Source: SAR86 cluster bacterium SAR86A
Lineage (GTDB): Bacteria; Pseudomonadota; Gammaproteobacteria; Magnimaribacterales; D2472
DNA length: 64,000 nt
Reading direction: 5' to 3'
Assembly (NCBI GenBank): GCA_000252525.1
Contig: JH611157.1
Coordinates: 348,638 to 412,637 of the forward strand
Within the stretch, counting starts at the first letter, position 1. Each line of letters begins with the position of its first letter. A program made the translations under genes and the position numbers. The notes under the pieces are model-generated. The model was not told the DNA's origin. It was given only the letters and a program-made list of their open reading frames with translations, and ran no database searches. Of the stretch, positions 59,157 through 64,000 are shown piece by piece.

Positions 59157-60009
59157 TTAATAAATTTAATCCATTATTTGCTGTTATATCTTTATATAAC
59201 TGATCAACGTTATTACCTGAAAAAGTAATAAATTTATCTCTTCCAAAGATTTCACCCTGTAAAAAACCGTTTGAAGCAAAAATTGAAATTGCTGAATTAC
59301 AATCAGCATTTAATTTTTTCAATAAATTTCTTTCCATTTTAATTTGTTCATTAAGTTCTTTCATTTGGTCGAACAATAATGATGATTTTATAAAATCTCC
59401 CACTTTAGAACCTTCTTTCCATTGAACAGCTAAAACACCCTGACCTGAGCAAGTTATATGTTCCAGTTGTTTATAATTTTGCTTTTCCAGAAGAGAACTC
59501 AATCTAGATAATCCTGCCTCTGCTAATATGATGCAATCGTACATACCATCATTAAGTTTTTTAATTCTGGTATCTATGTTTCCGTTTAGAAGTTGAATAT
59601 TTTTGGCATTCATATGAAATTTTGCTTGCATGATCCTTCTTAAGCTTGATGTACCAAGTTTCATATTTTTTTCAAAAACTGTATCTGTATCATTTCTAAA
59701 TATTATTAAGTCATTTATTTTTCTCTTTTGAGTTTCGATAAAGTAAAAATGTTTTAAACCTTCAGTCTCCTGAGCGGGCATGTCTTTGGCTGAGTGAATA
59801 GCAATGTCTACAGAATTTTTTTGAATCATTTGCTCAATTTCATTCACGAAGTTCGCCTTATCGAACATTACTTCGCCTTTAGCACTCATTTTGTCTCCAC
59901 TCGTTAATACTTCAACTAATTTATAATCTTCTAATAAAAAAGCCTTTGAAAAAATTTCTACTTGCTTTAGCGCTAATTTTGAAGATCTAGATGCTATTCT
60001 TATTGTCAT
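59143..60009 (-). CDS. hemC: Hydroxymethylbilane synthase
   Basis: The motifs IRIASRSSKLALKQ, GTSSLRR and LAEAGLSRL are present. The cofactor cysteine lies in LNADCNSAI. Confidence 0.9.
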   Translation of the reverse strand: MTIRIASRSSKLALKQVEIFSKAFLLEDYKLVEVLTSGDKMSAKGEVMFDKANFVNEIEQMIQKNSVDIAIHSAKDMPAQETEGLKHFYFIETQKRKINDLIIFRNDTDTVFEKNMKLGTSSLRRIMQAKFHMNAKNIQLLNGNIDTRIKKLNDGMYDCIILAEAGLSRLSSLLEKQNYKQLEHITCSGQGVLAVQWKEGSKVGDFIKSSLLFDQMKELNEQIKMERNLLKKLNADCNSAISIFASNGFLQGEIFGRDKFITFSGNNVDQLYKDITANNGLNLLNEHH

Positions 60010-60556
60010 ATTTTAAAAAGAGTGCTCTCACGTCACCGACATTTTTTTCTTTTAATACTGAAAATGTCTCAGGTATTTGAAAGCTTGAAAATTTACTGAA
60101 CTCTAAATAAATTTTACATGATCTCATTAAAGTTTTGTTGTTAGCTAAAGAATCTAATACAGATGTTTCAATATCAGAATTAAAAGGAGGATCTATTAAT
60201 ATTAGATCAAGATTTGATAAATTGCTTTTCTTTATCCAGCTTAATCCATCTTTAAATAAAACCATTGATTTTTCATTTAAATCCAATTTTTTGATTGCTA
60301 TCTTTAGAGTTTGATAATTTTTCTTATTAAGTTCTATAAAAATTGTTTTTTTTGCACCCCTTGATAGAGCTTCAATACCTAATGCACCAGTTCCAGCAAA
60401 AAGATCGAGGCATTCCATTCCTTTGATTTCAAATTGAATCCAGTTAAATAAAACTTCTCTTAGTTTGCTAGAAGTTGGTCTCAAGGAATTCTTAAAATCA
60501 AAGGGAATATTTTTACCTTTTAAGTATCCACCAGTTATCCTTATATTATTTTTCAT
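59987..60556 (-). CDS. rsmD: 16S rRNA (guanine966-N2)-methyltransferase
   Basis: The N-terminus is IRITGGYLKGKNI. The SAM motif is DLFAGTGALGIEALSRGA and the DPPF motif is LILIDPPF. Confidence 0.85.
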   Translation of the reverse strand: MKNNIRITGGYLKGKNIPFDFKNSLRPTSSKLREVLFNWIQFEIKGMECLDLFAGTGALGIEALSRGAKKTIFIELNKKNYQTLKIAIKKLDLNEKSMVLFKDGLSWIKKSNLSNLDLILIDPPFNSDIETSVLDSLANNKTLMRSCKIYLEFSKFSSFQIPETFSVLKEKNVGDVRALFLKYDNKNSI

Positions 60557-60589
60557 CTAAATTATTTTTCTTTAAGTATAATTCATAGT

Positions 60590-61054
60590 ATGAGTGTTCA
60601 AGATAATTTTAGATTGGCTATGAGAAGATATGTTTATTCTGTTAGCATAATGTCCAATAAAGATGTATCAGGCAACCTAAATGCCATCACAGTTTCTTCA
60701 GTAACTTCAATATCCATGGAACCACCAAGCCTATTGGTATGTATTAATAAAAATTCAAGAATACATGATAGCTTAGTACTTGAATCAGAATTTTGTATAA
60801 ATTTATTAAGCAAAGAACAGGAAAATCTTTCAAATGTTTGTTCAGATGAAGAAAAATATGATCAAAGATTTGATGATAAGAATTGGAATCACGAAGGTGT
60901 ACCATATCTTCAGAATGCTCAATCAAATATATTTTGCAAAATTGATAAATTAACTTCCTATCATACTCACACAGTTGTGATTGGAACGGTCTTGGATTCC
61001 ATGTTTAAAGATAATATTGCCACCCTTACTTATGTGGATGGCAAATATGAATGA
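60590..61054 (+). CDS. Flavin reductase-like FMN-binding protein
   Basis: Split-barrel flavin reductase motifs are present (NAITVSSVTSISMEPPSLLVCINKNS). Length is 154 aa. Confidence 0.72.
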   Translation: MSVQDNFRLAMRRYVYSVSIMSNKDVSGNLNAITVSSVTSISMEPPSLLVCINKNSRIHDSLVLESEFCINLLSKEQENLSNVCSDEEKYDQRFDDKNWNHEGVPYLQNAQSNIFCKIDKLTSYHTHTVVIGTVLDSMFKDNIATLTYVDGKYE

Positions 61055-61055
61055 T

Positions 61056-61667
61056 TTATTGAGTGGCTCTTATAAATTTCTTAATATAAGAATTTAAATC
61101 ATTATTAATACTATTTAGTGCCATAAATGGAGTGTCTGGCATATCCAATAATTTACTAGGTACTACTTCAAGTTTTCTAAGCAGACCCACTAGACCATGC
61201 ATTTTTGCCCATAGATCTATGCAAGTTTCAGATATGAATTCAGAATCTTTATTTGATGAATATTCTGTAAATAAAGAAAGAAGGTGATGGTATGTTTGAT
61301 TTGCCGCCTGAAACAAATGTGGATATTTAGTGAAATCAGTTACTGCTGTCCCAAACATCAAGTCATACGTATTTGCGTTCTTGACGCCAAAAGCAACATA
61401 TTCCTCTCCTAAGAATATCAAATTTTCTTCTATATTTTTTGATTTAACTTTTGAAATTGTTTTATAAAGTTTATTAAATCCTTCTTTAGCTATTTCTGCA
61501 TATAGGTCTTCTTTTGTTTTGAAATGTCTATAAGGAGCTGTTTGAGACACATTACTTTCTTTAGCAAGACTTCTTATGCTCAATTTTGTATATCCATCTC
61601 TTTCACACATTTTACATGCGCAATCTATGAGTTCCTGCTTTAAATTGCCGTGATGATAGGACTTCAT
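61056..61667 (-). CDS. TetR-family transcriptional regulator
   Basis: An N-terminal HTH (LSIRSLAKESNVSQTAPYRHFKTKEDL) is present. The gene is divergent from an MFP-RND efflux operon. Confidence 0.85.
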   Translation of the reverse strand: MKSYHHGNLKQELIDCACKMCERDGYTKLSIRSLAKESNVSQTAPYRHFKTKEDLYAEIAKEGFNKLYKTISKVKSKNIEENLIFLGEEYVAFGVKNANTYDLMFGTAVTDFTKYPHLFQAANQTYHHLLSLFTEYSSNKDSEFISETCIDLWAKMHGLVGLLRKLEVVPSKLLDMPDTPFMALNSINNDLNSYIKKFIRATQ

Positions 61668-61677
61668 ATAGTATTTT

Positions 61678-61727
61678 TTAATGTTGACACTGCTAACATA
61701 TTCATTTAATGTTTACACTGCATACAT
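61678..61727. promoter_or_regulatory. Tandem operator-like repeats overlapping a candidate efflux promoter
   Basis: TTAATGTTGACACTGCTAACAT (61678-99) and TTAATGTTTACACTGCATACAT (61706-27) are 28 bp apart. Each has ATGT..ACAT inverted ends. TTGACA (61684-89), a 17-nt spacer and TAATGT (61707-12) form a plausible plus-strand promoter. Confidence 0.45.
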
Positions 61728-61745
61728 TAGTTTTTTTAAAAAAAA

Positions 61746-62723
61746 ATGTCAAATCTGAGTACTTTGAAGTCTTTTTATTTCATGTCACTATTTTTTAGTG
61801 CTTTTATTCAATCCGTTGAGGTTTTGGAAGTAAAGATTTTAGATTCTTATACGATAACTAAAGAATTTCCAGGAAAGCTTCTTCCAACAGAACAATCAAA
61901 ATTAGCTTTTGAAATATCAGGAAAAATAAAGAACATTTATGTTGATGTTGGAGACTCAGTTGAAAAAGGAGATATTCTTGCAAAGTTAGATGATAGAGAG
62001 GCTCTTGCAAGATTAAATCAAGCAAAGGCTAGCTTTGATTTATCAAAACAAATCTTAGAAAGATTTCAAGACTTAAAAAGTCAAGGACACATATCAATTC
62101 AAGAACTTGATAAAGCTCAATCAGACTTCATTATCGCTAAATCTGAATTTGAATATTTTAAAGTTAAGCTCGAACAAACAAATCTCATATCGCCTTTTAA
62201 AGGTGTAATACAAGATAGGTTTATTGATACAGGAACTGTTATCAATCAGGGAGTTCATGTTTTAGAAATTATTGATTCAAATAATGTCGAGGCTCACATT
62301 TCATTACCTGTTAGTTATTTGAATGATATGAAAGTAGGAAAAAAATATAAATTCAAAATTGATGGAGATATAAAAGAGGCATTATTTTACCGTCTTGCTC
62401 CAATGTCTCCTGGTGGATCTGATAGCAGACTTGCAATTTTTAAATTTGATGAATTCATAAAACCTGGATCAATAGCAAATTTAAACTTACAAATAAATAA
62501 ATCCTCTAGAGGGACATGGGTGCCTTTAAAATCTCTATCTCAATCAGATCAAGGTTTGTGGGCTTTGTATACAATTAATGAACAAAATATTGTTGTAAGA
62601 GATCTTGTTCAAATTATTTATTTTGAAGATGAATATGCTTTTGTTCGTGGAACGATTAAAGATGGAGATCTTATTGTTCTTGGCGGTGCAGCAAAAATTA
62701 TTCCTGGAAAGATTATCAATTAA
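61746..62723 (+). CDS. Efflux RND periplasmic adaptor (membrane fusion protein)
   Basis: It has an N-terminal anchor, a lipoyl-like motif (GDSVEKGDILAKLD), a coiled-coil hairpin and a beta-barrel (ISPFKGVIQDRFIDTG). Confidence 0.85.
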   Translation: MSNLSTLKSFYFMSLFFSAFIQSVEVLEVKILDSYTITKEFPGKLLPTEQSKLAFEISGKIKNIYVDVGDSVEKGDILAKLDDREALARLNQAKASFDLSKQILERFQDLKSQGHISIQELDKAQSDFIIAKSEFEYFKVKLEQTNLISPFKGVIQDRFIDTGTVINQGVHVLEIIDSNNVEAHISLPVSYLNDMKVGKKYKFKIDGDIKEALFYRLAPMSPGGSDSRLAIFKFDEFIKPGSIANLNLQINKSSRGTWVPLKSLSQSDQGLWALYTINEQNIVVRDLVQIIYFEDEYAFVRGTIKDGDLIVLGGAAKIIPGKIIN

Positions 62724-62725
62724 AT

Positions 62726-64000
62726 ATGAAATTTATAAGTATTTTTCTTGATAGACCAAGAATATTATTTTTAACATTAGCATTTATTCTTTTAACCGGA
62801 ATATCATCAATTCTCACGGTACCAGTTCAAGAAAATCCAGAATTGGCTGAAAGATGGGGCAATGTTTCGGTATTTTATCCAGGCGCAACTCCAGAGAGGA
62901 TCGAAACACAGGTCGTTAATGATTTGGAAATTAAACTCAGAGAAATTGTTGAAATTGATGAACTTGACTCAATAATCTCGCAGGGATATTCAAAATCTCA
63001 TATTGAATTAGAAGATAGTGTCCCGCCTGCAAAAATTGAGGAAACATGGTCAAGAATTCAAGATAAAGTTGATCAGATTGTTCCGCCTCAAGGATCGACA
63101 ATTATTTTAAACAGAACTGCAGGACCACCAATTACATTGGAATACATTATCGATTGGAATGGTGAAGGTGACCCTCCTTTGATAATGATGTCACGTTTAG
63201 CTGAGCAGCTAAAACGAAAGCTTAGCTCAATACCTTTAACAAAAGAAACAGCAATTTATGGCGGAACAGATGAAGAAATTTTAGTGGAAGTAGATTCTGC
63301 AAAAATGTCTTCGTTAAACTTGACCTATCAAGAAGTAGCTAACGCAATTAAATCTTTTGACAACAAAAAACCAATAGGAGTAATTTCTGATCAGTATTCA
63401 GAATTCCTTATTAGGCTCAAGGATAACATTACCAATCCGCAAAAAATTGGAGAGATTCCTTTAAAGGTAATTAACGAATCTCAAATTATAAGATTGCAAG
63501 ATATTGCAAAAATATCGATAGAAGCAGCAAGTCCAATTGAAGATATTTTCTTATATAACGGCAAACAAGTTATATCTGTATCAACTACTGGGACAATGTC
63601 ACAACGTGTTTATGATTATGTTGATAGAGTTGAACAGCTTGTTTCTGAAACACGACAGGTTCTGCCTGAAGAATTTTCAATCATAAGGATTTATGACGAA
63701 TCAAAATATGTTTCGTCAAAGTTTAATGAGCTTATTAAAAGTTTTTCCTTGGCTGCGTTTTTTGTTTTGAGCTTAAGCTTTTTATTACTTGGAATTAGAC
63801 CAGGAATTATTGTTACAGCAATTTTGCCTTTTTCGGTTTCATTAGTATTGCTTGGTTGCAGATTGATCGGATTGCCGCTTCATATGACATCAATTACTGG
63901 AATAATTATCGCTCTTGGCTTACTGATTGATAATGGAATTATTGTTGTTGAAGATTATAAATTTCGAAGGTCCCAAGGATTGTCTATAAAAGATTCTATT
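62726..64000 (+). CDS. RND efflux permease (AcrB/HAE1 family), first 425 codons; continues past the window end
   Basis: Absent from the ORF track because it runs off the edge. My hand translation from ATG 62726 reads MKFISIFLDRPRILFLTLAFILLTGISSILTVPVQENPELAE. The last in-frame stretch, IIIALGLLIDNGIIVVEDYKFRRSQG, is the classic RND TM4 motif. The frame ends exactly at 64000. Confidence 0.88.
   Translation, partial: MKFISIFLDRPRILFLTLAFILLTGISSILTVPVQENPELAERWGNVSVFYPGATPERIETQVVNDLEIKLREIVEIDELDSIISQGYSKSHIELEDSVPPAKIEETWSRIQDKVDQIVPPQGSTIILNRTAGPPITLEYIIDWNGEGDPPLIMMSRLAEQLKRKLSSIPLTKETAIYGGTDEEILVEVDSAKMSSLNLTYQEVANAIKSFDNKKPIGVISDQYSEFLIRLKDNITNPQKIGEIPLKVINESQIIRLQDIAKISIEAASPIEDIFLYNGKQVISVSTTGTMSQRVYDYVDRVEQLVSETRQVLPEEFSIIRIYDESKYVSSKFNELIKSFSLAAFFVLSLSFLLLGIRPGIIVTAILPFSVSLVLLGCRLIGLPLHMTSITGIIIALGLLIDNGIIVVEDYKFRRSQGLSIKDSI

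Overview
This is a visibly AT-rich, very compact chromosomal segment. I call 63 protein-coding genes (two cut by the window edges), one tRNA and one riboswitch. Most gene junctions are shorter than about 60 nt or overlap (ATGA or TTAA type). The content is almost all housekeeping, arranged in gammaproteobacterial synteny blocks: dksA-pcnB; tyrS / M23 peptidase-anmK / erpA; tolC / parE-parC; rsfS-rlmH-mrdA-rodA-mltB-PBP5; leuS-lptE-holA; aroQ-accB-accC; trxA-rho; hemC-hemD; hemG-hemL; TetR / MFP-RND. Together with a blue-tuned (Gln105) proteorhodopsin, this points to a streamlined marine photoheterotrophic gammaproteobacterium, SAR86-like. That is an inference; no search was run. I saw no CRISPR array, transposase, integrase catalytic domain, toxin-antitoxin pair or recognisable defence gene. 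The least ordinary stretch is 16.4-25.7 kb. It holds a TPP-riboswitch-controlled thiamine salvage operon (TonB receptor, PnuC-family transporter, kinase). Next comes an orphan tail-anchored protein whose start codon lies inside a phased array of four TGTACTCATAA repeats. It is followed by an NAD-dependent formate dehydrogenase, a two-component Na+/solute symporter, an SDR and the proteorhodopsin. Other oddities are a DksA with a histone-like lysine tail, a stand-alone DsbD alpha domain, a stand-alone tRNA-Ile(GAU), and an orphan YejF-type ABC ATPase translationally coupled to an esterase. I do not see convincing evidence for a wholly new multi-gene system. The repeat/orphan locus at 20.1-20.9 kb is the best candidate for something undescribed.
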